Positions 51,601 through 64,000 of a DNA stretch of 64,000 nt are shown one piece after another (position 1 is the stretch's first letter; each line of letters begins with the position of its first letter). A program made the position numbers and the translations under genes. The notes under the pieces are model-generated. The model made no database searches and was not told the origin of the DNA. It saw only the letters and a program-made list of their open reading frames with translations. Source of the stretch: Lytechinus pictus (Eukaryota); assembly GCF_037042905.1 (NCBI RefSeq), contig NC_087246.1, forward strand, positions 22,940,001 to 23,004,000, in the 5' to 3' direction.

Positions 51601-54600
51601 GCCAGTTACCATGGTGGTGGTTGTAGTGACTTTTTACTTGATTGTTAAGAAAGCATGAATGCCTGTAAGTAGGAAACAAAAAACCAAAGGCTTTAATAAG
51701 GTCCTCACCAAGGGACCTGGTAATGTGTAGAAATTGATTTCAAATATTTGTGTTGCAAAGCCTGGAATTACTATTAAATACTAATACTAAAGATGATTGA
51801 TGTACCCATTTTCTAGTATCTAAGCTTAATCAGTGATTGATCGCAAATCTTTGTGATAAGTCCTGGCAGGTGTTTCACAAACAGCTAAGTGTGACTCATG
51901 CTTTAATGCCAGTGCGCATGTGATACCCAATGCGTAATCTGATTGTAGAATAGACGGCAGTGCGCGTCCCGTGCGCATGATCTGACCTATTCAGTAGTGC
52001 GTTATATACCGCACGCAATTTTAATTACTCTATTAATAAAGTCATACTTAAATTTTTTGAAACACCCCACAGGATTCTTGTTTATAGCCGATGGATGATA
52101 ATTGGTATTTTTGTTTTCTAGGTTCCAAGGTTATTGGTGGCTCTATAAATCAGACTGGTGTTTTGATCATGGAGGCTACTCACGTTGGTAAAGACACAAC
52201 TCTGGCACAAATTGTCAAATTGGTGGAAGATGCACAAACTTCAAAGGTAAGAGAGTAAAAACCACAGAAATGTAATGTTATTCAAAGATAATATACTCTT
52301 ATTCTATGTGAATATGGTGAATACATGAGACTAAAGAGCCAGCTTCACTGTATGATGTAGAAACATTCAAACTTGATATATGTTTAAACATCGTATGAAG
52401 TGCCATTTAAATACTTTGAACTCTAAATAGACATTTTCAAGTTATCTCTCTAGCCATGGTTACATGGTAATCATTAAATATCTAAATTGGTTCAGGGTAA
52501 AAATTAATAGGGTTAAAAAGAGAAAAACTTTGAAAAGAAATCATCAAAAGTGCAGCTTAATCGGTCCACGGTATCGCTGTAAGTACTATAAACATGTAAA
52601 TTACTTGTTTGTTTTTATTATATGTATTTGTTGAATTATTATGTAAATTATTAATGTTTTTTTTCAAATATGTATTGCTTGTACACTTGTAATACTCAAT
52701 GCAACCATAATTTCATTGTTTGCTATGCATGTAGACTGGGGGTGGGGAGGGTGCTGCAAAAATTGTTTTTAAGTTTAATTTTCTCTTTGACCATGATTCT
52801 TTATATGAAAAAGTGAATTAACATGTATGAAAAAGTAATGTTTTTTTAGATTTACATATTTTTCATTGTTTTATTAGATAAAAAAACAAATGGAAGGAAT
52901 GGAAGTTGATTCATGAAGATCTTGCAACAATCATCATATATTCTGAAGACATGTTTGTGATTGGTTTGAATTTTGAACTGTGTACCCATTGGCTAGTCTG
53001 CATGGCTTACTTCATTTCTATTTGATGTATCAGTTAATTTTTGATAAAATACAGCTATTTGCACGAATCCTATCCCATTTGCCAACCGACTCAATCACAT
53101 ATCTCATGTTCCGATTGTCTTCCACTTCAGGCACCAATTCAGCAGATTGCAGACAAGATATCAGGCCTCTTTGTTCCGACCATTCTCTTCCTCTCTATCG
53201 GCACATTGTGTATCTGGATAACCATTGGATTTCTGGACATTGAAAAAGTCCCTATATACTCCCCACCTGCTGAAAATTCTGTAAGTTTCTGGTGACAAAT
53301 ATCATGATCATAACAAATATTTTGATTACAGATAATAATAATAATAACAACGGCATATTTACCCAGGGTAGCCACTTCAGTTCCAAAAAACTGTTCTCCC
53401 AGCGGGCCCTGCTATTATTTGACACTAATTATCATTTGACACAGATTTGACACTAATAGTAAGAGTGAGAGTGAAAAATCTTCTTTGATTTGAGACCAAG
53501 TACATAGTAAATCATCGCATAGCAGTTAACAGAAATAAATAATGAGATATGTCAGAAACATACTGAGGTAATGCAGAAACTAATATGTGAATTCCAATCC
53601 TTACTCATTTCGAGATTAGTTACAGAATTAATAAAAAATAAATGCTAATTAGGCAATCCTTTTTAAGAAATCGAGACCCATTTTTCTGTGCAATTTGGTT
53701 TTTACCTCAATATTTTGAACTCTCCTTGCTCATAAGCTGCTTGGAATGCTATGAATCCAGTGACCGGGTAATAATAATTGTGAAGCGCTTTGAACAGTCG
53801 TAGATTGATAAAACGCTATATAAATGCCAATTATTATTATTATTATTATTATAAGTATATGCATGAGCCTTTCATATTATATTAGGTATAAAAATAAATA
53901 GAAAAATCTTCATTTTATTATGATCTACATGAATATCAGTAATCATTCGCTAAATCTGGAAAAAGTAAATGCACTGTATTGTCGATATCATATATCTTCA
54001 TGGCAGAAGAAAAATGGTAGATGGTGCCAATTGGCTCCACCCACATGCTAAAAGACGGTCATTTGTTCTTATATTCATGTTCAGACCGAAGAGACGATTC
54101 AGCAAGAGAGGATGGAGACCATCTTCTCCTTTGCCTTTGAGCTTGCCATTGCCGTCATGGCGATTGCCTGCCCCTGCGCCCTAGGTCTGGCAACCCCTAC
54201 TGCTGTGATGGTAGGCACCGGGATGGGGGCACGTAATGGCATCCTAATCAAAGGGGGCGAACCCCTGGAAATGGCTCACAAGGTACAGTCTTCATTTTTT
54301 TCTGTATTCTTTTGATTGGTTTTGACAGTTGAATAATGATAACTATGATTGCTTTTGTTAAGCTCATAACTCTTTCTTTATCAGGAGTCTCCCCTTAAGA
54401 GCTTTACAATAATGCAGCATAATAAACCTGACTTTAGAAGAGCAGCTGTAAGAAATACTTTGTTTCGAGGAATGTTTTTCTACCAGGTTCTCATTTACCT
54501 CACCTGGGTTGAGTGCAACATGTCTCTGTCATTGAAAATTCAGATTTTCAAAGTTATTCATTTTTCTGGACCTTGATCCAGTCCGCTTTTTAATGTGATT

Positions 54601-57600
54601 ACTGGTAAGTGAAAAAAAAGTCATCTGATCCGTATCAGGGCTAGGATTTTTTTGCTGTTCTGTAGCCAAGGGGGGGGGGGAGGATTGATTGCTCCCCCTT
54701 AGATCTCGGCTACTGATCACTCAAATGCTGCAAAAAATTGTGCAATTGTAGTGTTTGATGTATTCTACAAAACTAATCATTACGTCAAACCCCCGTTTGA
54801 GAACGTACCGCAGTTCAGATTGCAAACTGCAGTATTTTACCCCATTTTGCATTTGAAAATCTAAAACATCATTTCCAAGCCCAGGGGGCCATTTCATAAA
54901 GCTGTTCGTAAGTTAAGAGCGACTTAAAGAGCGACTGGTGATTATCGCCAATTGTGTGTACCATTTACCGCAAGACAGGATCACCAGTCGCTCTTAACTT
55001 ACGAACAGCTTTATGAAACACCCGCCTGATCAACCCCGCTTGGCCAGGTAATCCCCGCTGTCTCAATTTCACCTCCACAGGCCAGATTATGAGCGTTGAG
55101 CCAAGGACGAAATGATAAACAACAGCTGTGCTATTACGTAAGACTTCTCTGCCTGTAGTAGGACCTTCTGAATGAAATTATTGTATTCGATATTTAATCA
55201 CGTTTTCAAAGGCATATTGTATTCAGAAATTCAATGTTAGTCCATTTTTAATTTCGAACGAAGAAAATCGACCTCGAAATAAGGAAAGTAAGCGAATAGA
55301 AATGACGGCATGCTTACCGGATCCGCACTCCGCGCTGCGCATGCATCCCATCGTGTGAGGCCCCCTGTTGTGACTGTATATGCCGGGCTGTTGTGTTATC
55401 TTCGGACCGTGGTCATGAAACAGGTGTTTTGATACTTACATTGCATGCTTGAGGCAGTAGGGTTTGTCGTACTTGGAGAAGAGAATTTATTGCAAGGGAA
55501 ACTGGGGTATAGTGTTCTCAAATGGAGGTTTTTCGTCATGTATTGCACAAAATATTGAGGGCTGTTTTAGGGCAAAGCTAATTTGGTGAGATTAACTACA
55601 CACACTGTTCATGTGCAGGTGTAAGTATTCGAAGATGAAGGGCATTGTTTTCTATGTCCATTCCAATTTTTCTCCATTCTTACTTCACATCTCAAGCTAC
55701 TCAAACAATAAATTTGTAAGCGTTACAAGTTACATGTAAACTTGAAAACGGATACAGATTTAAGTGAATTTGAACTCTGTCAAGAATGCCCTTTACAACA
55801 AGATATGAATAACTTATTCTCGATTGGCCTTTATACTGTCACATAATTGTTGAATGTTCATCTGTGGTAGACTGCCATCTGTCTTCCTTTTGTTTCGACC
55901 TTCTGTAGCTCAGTCGGTAGAGCAGGGGTATTGGATTCCTATGACCTGGGTTCGATTCCCCACTTGGTGCGCTAGTGCCCTTTGGTAAGGCATTAATCCT
56001 CATTACCAGGTCCCTCGGAGAGGACCTTAAGCCGTCAGTCCTATGGTTGCTTGCTTACAAGCATTCATGCTTTCTTAGCAATCAGGTAAAAAAAATAACC
56101 ACCATTTCTCTCTTCTACAGGTAAAGACTGTTGTCTTTGACAAGACAGGCACCATCACCCATGGTAAACCAAGGGTTATGAGGACCAAGCTCTTCGCTGC
56201 CGGGTTGGACACCATGACAGAGGAGGAATTCTTAGCCATATGTGGAACAGCAGAGTCTGGCAGTGAACACCCTCTTGGGATGGCCATCTTGAAGCATGCA
56301 AAGGAGGTATGGAATTTCTCAAATCCTTTTTGTGGGTTGAGGGTTGAAATCCCATCCATTGTTGTGTTTTATGTTCTTAATATAATATTTATCAAACATG
56401 GTCTTCCTGTAAAACAGCATATGTATGATCAGTAATGAAGCTACCCTGTATAAAAAATTAATGAATGAATAGCTAGATAGATAGATAAATATGTAGGTAG
56501 GTGGGTAGTTAGGTGGGTAGGTGGATGGGTGGGTAGGTAGGTAGTGTTTATTTCCTTCAAGATATTCAAGGTTCAAGGTTTATTCACATCAACATTTCAC
56601 ATTTCCAAAAAAATCAACAATTCAATACAGACAATAATATTATACAATACAAATTATCGTATATAGCATAAATAAATATCGTAAAATATGAATTGTATAC
56701 CTAATATAACAATAGAAAAAAGTACTATAATGTATTCTTGTAATTGGTTCTAAAATAATGACAAAGAAAGAAAATGAGAGATGTGGATATGAGGGAGCCA
56801 AAAGTCAAAGCAGAGCTTGTTGGTTGAAGGCTCCAAAGAATATGCAGTGAGAGTACCATAAAAATATCAATACGACAAGAAAAATAGAGGAATAAATGAA
56901 AGAGTAAACTAAAAAGTAAAGAAAAAACGGGCGATACACAAATACATAAATAATGAGTTAAATAATAAGTGTAAAAGCAACAAATTGAATTAGAGCCTGA
57001 AGGAAAATGGAAATAATTATTGCTAAGAGTGGCAAAAAAATATTCGTCCACAATGTGTTCTATTTGACCTAGGTGTGGTATATAACTAGTAGCAGAGTAG
57101 TACGATTGTAAAATTTCAAAATCATAAATCATATAGATTACAATGCAATCACAAGCACTGCACACAGAAATATGCATTGGACTGCACACAAATATTTACC
57201 TCAACTATTTCAAAGGTTTTATGCCATATTTTGAGTGAAAGGGATTCTGGAAAACAATATTTTCCATTATACCGTTCCTAAATGCAATAAAAATTGGGAG
57301 CTAGCTCACAGTGATTGTTTACATCTTTTTCAAACCAGGATTTCCCCTTTAATATTAAAATCTATCAATACCTCTGTAATGAAGTGTGTCAGAAAAATTG
57401 AGACCCACCTTTCAGTCAGAGATATATTTACATAATAAATTGTTCTTTATGTGAACAGATGTTGCAGGCAGACCAGGTCGGTCGATGCTCAGACTTCAAT
57501 GCCGAGCCGGGCTACGGACTCCGTTGCACCGTCAGTCACATCACAGCCATGTTGAAAAATTTTCCCACGATGCAATTGCTTGCCAACAAAAATGAAGAAA

Positions 57601-59834
57601 TTGAGAAATGTGAAGGTGAGATAGTTGGCTGACTTCCAGCGGAAGTGGATTTATCTTACATTGATTGCTTTATTCTTTCCAGTAGGCTGATGTCAATGAA
57701 CATTGGTGGTATGAAAAAAAAATTCCATAACATTATATATTTCGAAAATTGGTGTGACCCAAATCATAGTATAGTCAAACCTGATTTTGGTTTTAGCGTA
57801 CATGTGGGGAGAGTTTCATGAGACAAATACTTCAGGCATCTGATTGGCTGAAAGCAGTCAGTCATTGAAAATCACTTGAAAACCCCTTCATGAAATGCTC
57901 CCTGTATGGATAGACCACTCATCTTAAAATTCCACTTACTTAGTTTCCATTGAAATTTTTTTTTTTTGAGTCATGTATTTACAAAAGTACGTTTTCATAA
58001 AGACCGCCCTTGTAATTAATCATATTGACCTTTTACCTAAGCCTTAATTGGTATCCAAGGTTCAGGATAGAGTGTTCAAGTTGAAAGGCCATTGTTCATC
58101 ATGTCTGCCATCTTGTTTTCACTATCTCTAAATGGTTTTGTCTGTTTTGAATAATTCCAGAAATCCAGAAAGCTTCAATTCAGAAGAATGAATTCACAGT
58201 ACTTATTGGAAACAGGGAATGGATGAAAAAGAATGAATTGACGGTCACAGACGATATGAATGATGCATTAGGTCATAACGAAGCCCAGGGACATACCGCA
58301 GTATTAGTAGCAGTAGATGGTAAGTATTGTTACCCCGTTGCCAATTTGCTTTAAAAAGTTTTTTTTTTTTAATTCGTTTCATTGTATTGCCAATTTAAGG
58401 ATGATTGTTTGATTAAAAAAATAGTTTTCCGCTTTGAATAAACAAATATAGATGCAGTAAGTCTGGGCCCTTCCATTGTTGATTTTTTCAAAACAGTTAA
58501 ATGTGTTTTGTGTTCTCTTTTATAGGGTTCTACACTTCCACTTCAAATCCAAAGTTATGGGACAAATACTACTAAAAATAATAAGGATGCAAATTATGAG
58601 CAAATAAAAATAAAATATTGACCGAACACCAACATCAAATGGTCAACTCTGAACTTGGGGTCAGCCATAGTCAGTAGAGCGAATGGCCATTGAATCAATG
58701 ACAATATACCTCTTTTATTAATGCAGATCAAATTGTTGGGATGATCGCCATTGCTGACACCGTAAAGCCAGAAGCCCAACAAGCCATACAAACACTGAAA
58801 GATCTAGGTCTTGATGTAGTATTACTCACAGGTGATAACAGGGTTACTGCTAATGCTATTGCTAAACAGGTAATCTACTTTTAATTTACTTTTTAATCTA
58901 ATCTATTTATTTTCAAGAGAAATATCCTACCTCTTTTTCATTTCCTTTTTCCTTCCCATTTTCTCTAATTTCCTTGTCCTGTGTGTTTTGTCTTTGATAT
59001 TTCTCTACTTTGCAATTGCTATCTGCTATATGTTTTTAAAAATGTTTTTTTTTCTTTTTTTTTTCATTTTTAATCATCATTTTCTTGTTCTTCCTGTTTT
59101 TGTTCTGCTTATCATTTTCATATCATTGTCATTATTGTTATTATTATTATTATTGTTGCTTCTGTTATTACTATTGTTATCATTATTATTATTACAATTA
59201 TTATTATCATCATTATTATTATCATTATTTTTATTATTATTATTATCATTATTATTGTCATTATTATTATTATTATATTCATTATTATTGATAATGTATA
59301 CAGCTTATGCTTCTTTAATTCATTCTCAATCAACAGCATACTTTTTCACACACCTTTCCTTGTTCCTGCTAGTATTACTAAAAAACCAAACAATCTTTTT
59401 GGGGGTCAAGGTCTTGACCTTGAAGTGTGAGGGTCGGGCAGTCTAAAGTGGTGTGAAGTTTGGAATAGGGGTAACAATAGCAACACTTTAGCTTTAGCCA
59501 AGAGAGATTTCCGAGCAGCCTGGCACCAGGCTTTAATACTACAACTGCTGGCCACCTGGTGGTTCTCAGGACACTGAGGTGTGTGTTTAAACAGTTGTCA
59601 TGCAAACGTGGGCTGTGTTGTATATGAATTGATTGCAATTGTATCAATTTGCTCGTTTAACAAATTAAATCAATTAGATTGTTGGTTATGTCAGGAAGTT
59701 TTCATGATTAAGGAAGGCTACATGTATATTTATGTAAAGTTGTAGAGAAAATATTATAATGTATGTTCTGTGATTGGATGATGGTGTTATTATTTAAAGT
59801 AATAAAGCATTTTTGTCAGATGTAGTAGAAATAA

Positions 59835-59882
<48 letters not shown>

Positions 59883-59887
59883 AAATA

Positions 59888-59923
<36 letters not shown>

Positions 59924-59980
59924 GTAGTATAAATATTAGTGGTAGTAGAAGTAGTAGTAGTAGTAGTAGGAGTAGTAGGA

Positions 59981-60011
<31 letters not shown>

Positions 60012-63000
60012 CAATAGTAGTAGTATTAGAAGTAGTAGTAGAAATATTAGTGGTAGTAGAAGTAGTAGTAGTAGTAGTAGTAGGAGTAGTAGGAGTAGTA
60101 GTAGTAGTAGTATTAGCAATAGTAGTAGTATTAGAAGTAGTAGTAGAAATATTAGTGGTAGTAGAAGTAGTAGTAGTAGTAGTAGGAGTAGTAGGAGTAG
60201 TAGTAGTAGTAGTATTAGAAATAGTAGTAGTATTAGAAGTAGTAGTAGTAGTAGTAGTAGTATGATTAGTAGTAATATGAGTANNNNNNNNNNNNNNNNN
60301 NNNNNNNNNNNNNNNNNNNNNNNNNNNNNNNNNNNNNNNNNNNNNNNNNNNNNNNNNNNNNNNNNNNNNNNNNNNNNNNNNNNNNNNNNNNNNNNNNNNN
60401 NNNNNNNNNNNNNNNNNNNNNNNNNNNNNNNNNNNNNNNNNNNNNNNNNNNNNNNNNNNNNNNNNNNNNNNNNNNNNNNNNNNNNNNNNNNNNNNNNNNN
60501 NNNNNNNNNNNNNNNNNNNNNNNNNNNNNNNNNNNNNNNNNNNNNNNNNNNNNNNNNNNNNNNNNNNNNNNNNNNNNNNNNNNNNNNNNNNNNNNNNNNN
60601 NNNNNNNNNNNNNNNNNNNNNNNNNNNNNNNNNNNNNNNNNNNNNNNNNNNNNNNNNNNNNNNNNNATTAGAAGTAGTAGTAGCAGCATCATAAATACTT
60701 GTAATAACAATAAGAAGTGTATTATCATCATTCTTATATTTTTCATTCCCTTCCTCCCCTCTTACTCTCATTCTCATTAAGAATGCTTGTAGAAGTAGAA
60801 ATGATAGTTGTAGTAGAGAAGGCAGCAGTAATATGAGTATTTTTTATTATTATTTATTATGATCATCCTTTTTATTGAGAGTAATAGTACTTGTATTGGT
60901 AGTAGAAGCATCAGCAGCAATGATGTGGAAGTGTAGTCTATGACGCGAGTTCTTTATTTCCCCTCACAGGTCGGAATATCCCAAGTCTTTGCAGAGGTTC
61001 TCCCTCATAATAAGGTTGAAAAGATCACTGAACTGCAGGAGAAAGGTCAGCGTGTTGCCATGGTAGGAGATGGGGTCAATGATAGCCCCGCCCTGGTGAA
61101 GGCTGATGTAGGCATCGCCATAGGAACAGGGACGGATGTGGCTGTAGAAGCCGGAGACATTGTTCTTATTAAGGTATGTCATTGAACGGTAGTGGTGTTT
61201 TGACGTGGACAGGGCTGGAGCCCTCACCAAATCAATCATTTTACTGTTCGACATATATAATTCCAATGGATTACCTTAAAAATCAGAAGAAGTATTTGTA
61301 GATCAGTAGAGGGTTATCAGACTGAACTGTAAGGTTAGGTATTCAAATGATGAGATATCAATAAGATATCAATAATCTTTTATTATACAGGTGAATCTGC
61401 CAAGGTTAAATCTCTTTGGCCCATCCAGGGGTGTGAGAGTTCAGATTTTTATCTGATTTCAGATTTTTTTGTTTTGATTTTCAGCTTAATTTCAGCTTAT
61501 TTTTGGCTTTCCTCTGTACAAAAAGTATGGGAGCTCTTTCTATTTCAGACGTTTTCAACACTCTTCAGCTTTTTTCAGATCTTTTTATTGGTGATCAATC
61601 ACACCCCTGACCATCGAAATCTATTCTGCAAAATCCTACTTTATAACACATAAATAACACATTTTACAAAATCTGTAGTCTGGAAAATTGCTCTTACTTG
61701 TCCGATTATTTGATTTGAGAGAGGTCAACACATTTAGCCTTGACCGTAATATACCGTGTGAGTCACAAAAAATATTGACACCTCACAAGTTCCCAATTTA
61801 AGAAAAAAAATATGTCATGAACGCATAATCATTATATATGGCTGGAAAGAGTATCTTCTCCCAAATAATTTAATACCATATTTATCTGGCATGTTTTCAC
61901 ACTTGGATAATCAGTTGGTATTCTTTGCAGTAATGTAAATTTTTATTTGCACCAAAGTAAGGCATGACTGCAATGAATAAACCCCAGATGCCAATGATGT
62001 CACAATCCTACATGAGTTAGTAAAGTTAGTAAAACCCTCTTTCAATTAACTTGAGAACTGATACTAAAAAGTGTTTATTGAACAATTATAATGTAAATTT
62101 CGAAAACATTTTTTTGAAATGGATTTTAATGCAACCCTTGTAGGATTATGACATCATTGTGATCTGGATTCATTCATTGCAGTCATGCCTTTTTTTAGCA
62201 CGAATCAAAATTTACATCACTGCAAAAAATGAAAGTGTTTATTGAACAATTATAATGTAAATTTCGAAAACATTTTTTTGAAATGGATTTTAATGCAACC
62301 CTTGTAGGATTATGACATCATTGTGATCTGGATTCATTCATTGCAGTCATGCCTTTTTTTAGCACGAATCAAAATTTACATCACTGCAAAAAATGCCTCC
62401 TCATCATCCAAGCGTTAACACATACTCTTTCAGGCCTTATATGATAATTATGTATTCATGACATATTTTTTCCTTAAATTAAGGATCTGTGAGGTGTCAA
62501 GTTTTTTTTTACTCACACGGTATACTAGTACAAGATATTGAACAATGTATTTATCATTTACTTTTCTTAATCCAGAGTGATCTGATGGATGTTGCCGCGG
62601 CGATCGATCTTTCAAAACACACCGTCAGAAGGATCTACATCAACTTCTTCTTCGCCTGTATCTACAACTCAATCGGAATTCCAATTGCAGCTGGTGAGAT
62701 TTTTCTCTCACTTTTACACCTCTTTATAATGCTTATTGATTGGAAAAAGCAGGGGCATCCATTCCTAAAGACCTGTCAAAATCTCAAGTTTAACTTTTAT
62801 AGTATACTAGATTCAAGCTTTTCATTCACCCATTCATTCTTTAAAGTGATACTGCCAGAGGAAATAAGAAGAATTCATGTTCATTGTACAGATGTTATCA
62901 GCATAGGAAATGCAACAAGGGTGACAGACTCATGATAGCCCTAATCGCCTCTAAAATTACCAAATGGACTCCTTTGGTGCGACCATCTTTTATAAAGTTA

Positions 63001-63904
63001 CCCCAAGATTGGCTACAAACGGTATTTAAAAAACATTTAGCAAATGAATATTCTACATCTAGTAGAGTAATCATATTTGCTTTTACAGCATAATTGTTGC
63101 TGCACAAAAAAGTAACCCTTTGAAGGAAAGAAATAGCTCCAAATTTCAACAACTTGCCTCATTGTGAAAAAAGAATAGCCACTAAGAAACGAGAATTATT
63201 TCCTACCCTGGGTGACAGGGTTTTGTGGAAATGTTTCTGGGCTGCAGATCGCAAGTTACAATGTTCATATTCTGCTGTGACATGTATGTAGTTTAGCAAT
63301 GCATTGTTTTGCATTTTTGCCACACTCAACCCTAGGTGAGGTAAGTGGGTACCTGGTATTCAACGCTCAATCACTCTTCGCTAAATCCAGAATATTAGCA
63401 GCGGGCCACCAGAAATGTAATGCTTTACAGTCATGAGTGCTGTATAAATAACCCAGTATCCTAGACAGTGTATTCGATGCTTTGTTGAATACTCACTGGT
63501 ATTTTTCAGAAAATTTGACTAATCACTTTTGTTTATTTGAAACACAACTGTTCAGAATTCTGTGACATCACAGAGTACTAAAATAATCCATATAGTAGCT
63601 ATGCTATTGGAAATGTCTTACTTACTATTAATTAAAAAAAATGTAAGTGTAGATCTGCTACTACCAAAATTTCCTGCTTGATGAAAGAGAAAATATAAAC
63701 CGGATGCTTTCTGGAACTGATTGGTCCCTGTCCAAAGCAAATGGGATTTCAGGATTCATTAGTCAATAGGCTAATTTGATTTGATGTTTGTTATTTTACA
63801 GGTGTCCTTGCTCCAGTCAATATTTTCTTACGTCCATGGATGGCTTCAGCTGCTATGGCAATGTCTTCTGTTTCCGTGGTGACCTCATCCCTCGTGCTCA
63901 AACT
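24306..63904 (+). CDS. ATP7: Copper-transporting P1B-type ATPase (ATP7A/ATP7B-like); 19 coding exons in the window, 3' end beyond the window
   Basis: All exons join in phase through GT-AG introns. Motifs: [51 protein letters not shown] (TM7), MAMSS (TM8). Confidence 0.95.
25550..25748 (+). CDS. ATP7: ATP7 coding exon 2 (degenerate HMA-like domain)
   Basis: ttt[62 protein letters not shown].. G/gtaagt. Bridges phase 0 to phase 1, as the flanking exons require. Confidence 0.8.
27314..29290. repeat. N-runs interspersed with (CTACCA)n/(CTA)n microsatellites and a poly-G MITE with cagctcgcgcttcgcgctcgc subrepeats
   Basis: N at 27314-27631, 27665-27803, 28501-28648 and 28735-29209; flanking simple repeats. 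Confidence 0.85.
32652..32850 (+). mobile_element. tRNA-derived SINE, copy 1
   Basis: A box TAGCTCAGTCGG, B box GGTTCGATTCC, A-rich end; a homologous copy lies at 55905-56094. Confidence 0.8.
38975..39355 (+). CDS. ATP7: ATP7 coding exon 3 (linker and start of HMA 3, GMTCASC)
   Basis: ttgtAG/ATCCT.. to G/gtgagt; phase 1-1. Confidence 0.9.
40637..41275. mobile_element. Foldback MITE, Tc1/mariner-like (ACCGTG..CACGGT termini)
   Basis: TIR ccgtgt(a/g)agt..aaattgacacctcac / gtgagatgtcaa..actcacacgg; a second copy lies at 61752-62522. Confidence 0.7.
42024..42190 (+). CDS. ATP7: ATP7 coding exon 4 (rest of HMA 3)
   Basis: [23 protein letters not shown]; tttAG / gtaagt. Confidence 0.92.
43033..43194 (+). 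CDS. ATP7: ATP7 coding exon 5 (HMA 4, GMECASC)
   Basis: [24 protein letters not shown]; cAG / gtacgt. Confidence 0.92.
43628..43900 (-). mobile_element. tRNA-derived SINE (second family) with (TTA)n tail; fragments at ~53333-53420, ~54480-54520, ~63320-63360
   Basis: Reverse B-box gggattcaaaccc at ~43857. Shared tacctcacctggg core and cccagggtagcc..cagcgggccctgctattatt segment. Confidence 0.7.
44351..44430 (+). CDS. ATP7: ATP7 coding exon 6
   Basis: [26 protein letters not shown]; tttAG / gtaagt; ends in phase 2. Confidence 0.88.
44820..45185 (+). repeat. ~77-bp tandem repeat (5 copies) spanning the intron/exon boundary of ATP7 coding exon 7
   Basis: Unit cttgtgatttcttttgctaccttAG|gtggaggacatcattcctcatttcactcatct(ttgccctttgtaattgatagt). 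Confidence 0.9.
45151..45301 (+). CDS. ATP7: ATP7 coding exon 7 (TM1-TM2)
   Basis: (K)[33 protein letters not shown]; cttAG / gtatga. Confidence 0.9.
46269..47390. mobile_element. Host element (homolog of 18327-18912) interrupted by a TTAA MITE
   Basis: Reverse-complement homology to the 18.3-18.9 kb copy on both sides of the insert. Confidence 0.8.
46367..46962 (+). mobile_element. TTAA-flanked Kolobok-like MITE, copy 1 (nested)
   Basis: ttaa|AGGGGAATCCA ... TGGATTCCCCT|ttaa. Confidence 0.9.
48433..48981. repeat. 24-bp minisatellite (~23 copies)
   Basis: Unit GCTGGTTACATAATAAGGTTTACT. Confidence 0.95.
49741..49974 (+). CDS. ATP7: ATP7 coding exon 8 (TM3-TM4)
   Basis: [50 protein letters not shown]. 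Confidence 0.95.
50036..50629 (+). mobile_element. TTAA-flanked Kolobok-like MITE, copy 2
   Basis: Same termini; near-identical to 46367-46962. Confidence 0.9.
51055..51304 (+). CDS. ATP7: ATP7 coding exon 9 (actuator domain, TGES)
   Basis: [30 protein letters not shown]. Confidence 0.95.
52122..52246 (+). CDS. ATP7: ATP7 coding exon 10
   Basis: [42 protein letters not shown]. Confidence 0.95.
53131..53280 (+). CDS. ATP7: ATP7 coding exon 11 (TM5)
   Basis: [22 protein letters not shown]. Confidence 0.93.
54085..54282 (+). CDS. ATP7: ATP7 coding exon 12 (TM6, CPC)
   Basis: [41 protein letters not shown]. Confidence 0.95.
55905..56094 (+). mobile_element. tRNA-derived SINE, copy 2
   Basis: Same family as 32652-32850. 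Confidence 0.8.
56121..56306 (+). CDS. ATP7: ATP7 coding exon 13 (DKTGT phosphorylation site, SEHPL)
   Basis: [36 protein letters not shown]. Confidence 0.95.
57459..57615 (+). CDS. ATP7: ATP7 coding exon 14 (N domain)
   Basis: [25 protein letters not shown]..; aacAG / gtgaga. Confidence 0.88.
58161..58319 (+). CDS. ATP7: ATP7 coding exon 15 (N domain)
   Basis: ..[22 protein letters not shown]; phase 1-1. Confidence 0.9.
58727..58869 (+). CDS. ATP7: ATP7 coding exon 16 (TGDN)
   Basis: [31 protein letters not shown]. Confidence 0.95.
59120..59290. repeat. (ATT)n microsatellite
   Basis: Direct reading. Confidence 0.9.
59820..60690. repeat. (TAG)n microsatellite with a ~110-bp higher-order repeat and an N-run (60284-60666)
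   Basis: Direct reading; aaatattagtggtagtagaag recurs three times. Confidence 0.9.
60970..61173 (+). CDS. ATP7: ATP7 coding exon 17 (GDGVND)
   Basis: [50 protein letters not shown]. Confidence 0.95.
61752..62522. mobile_element. Foldback MITE, second copy (inverted), TA-flanked, with an internal ~165-bp tandem duplication
   Basis: ta|TACCGTGTGAGT ... ACTCACACGGTA|ta. The segment ~62068-62231 is repeated at ~62232-62394. Confidence 0.75.
62576..62693 (+). CDS. ATP7: ATP7 coding exon 18 (TM7, YN)
   Basis: [39 protein letters not shown]. Confidence 0.95.
63802..63904 (+). CDS. ATP7: ATP7 coding exon 19 (TM8, MxxSS)
   Basis: [34 protein letters not shown]; donor gtaagt at 63905. Confidence 0.95.
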
Positions 63905-64000
63905 GTAAGTATCTATATTTTATGGTTTTCTCCCTCTTTAATGTTGAAAGTTTAATTTCAGATCTGGACCTTGTTATATATAGTTTTTTTTTTATAGTAA

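Noticed and set aside
58988-60780. Poly-Leu/Thr/Val ORFs (mucin-like)
   Set aside because: Translations of (ATT)n and (TAG)n microsatellites and Ns within an ATP7 intron.

Overview
AT-rich, repeat-rich animal genomic DNA with spliceosomal GT-AG introns. The repeat content (DeuSINE-like SINE, poly-G MITEs, TTAA MITEs) suggests an invertebrate deuterostome such as a sea urchin; this is an inference. Left part (1-12 kb): two paralogous UNC5CL-like genes (short N-terminus, one TM, ZU5 with an HFS autoproteolysis motif, UPA, death domain) arranged head-to-head. Their shared upstream region carries five perfect TGACGTCA (CRE) palindromes, and a ~200-nt near-identical tract over the ZU5/HFS region suggests gene conversion. 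Right part (22-64 kb): a P1B-1 Cu(I)-transporting ATPase gene (ATP7A/B-like), reconstructed as 19 in-phase coding exons (3560 nt, ~1186 codons) that run off the window end. It has four HMA-like domains, one atypical and one degenerate. A tandem array of duplicated 3' splice sites lies exactly at the metal-binding-domain/TM1 boundary. Introns and intergenic DNA hold many MITEs (including a nested TTAA insertion with its empty site visible), SINEs, a Helentron-like element, mini/microsatellites and N-runs.
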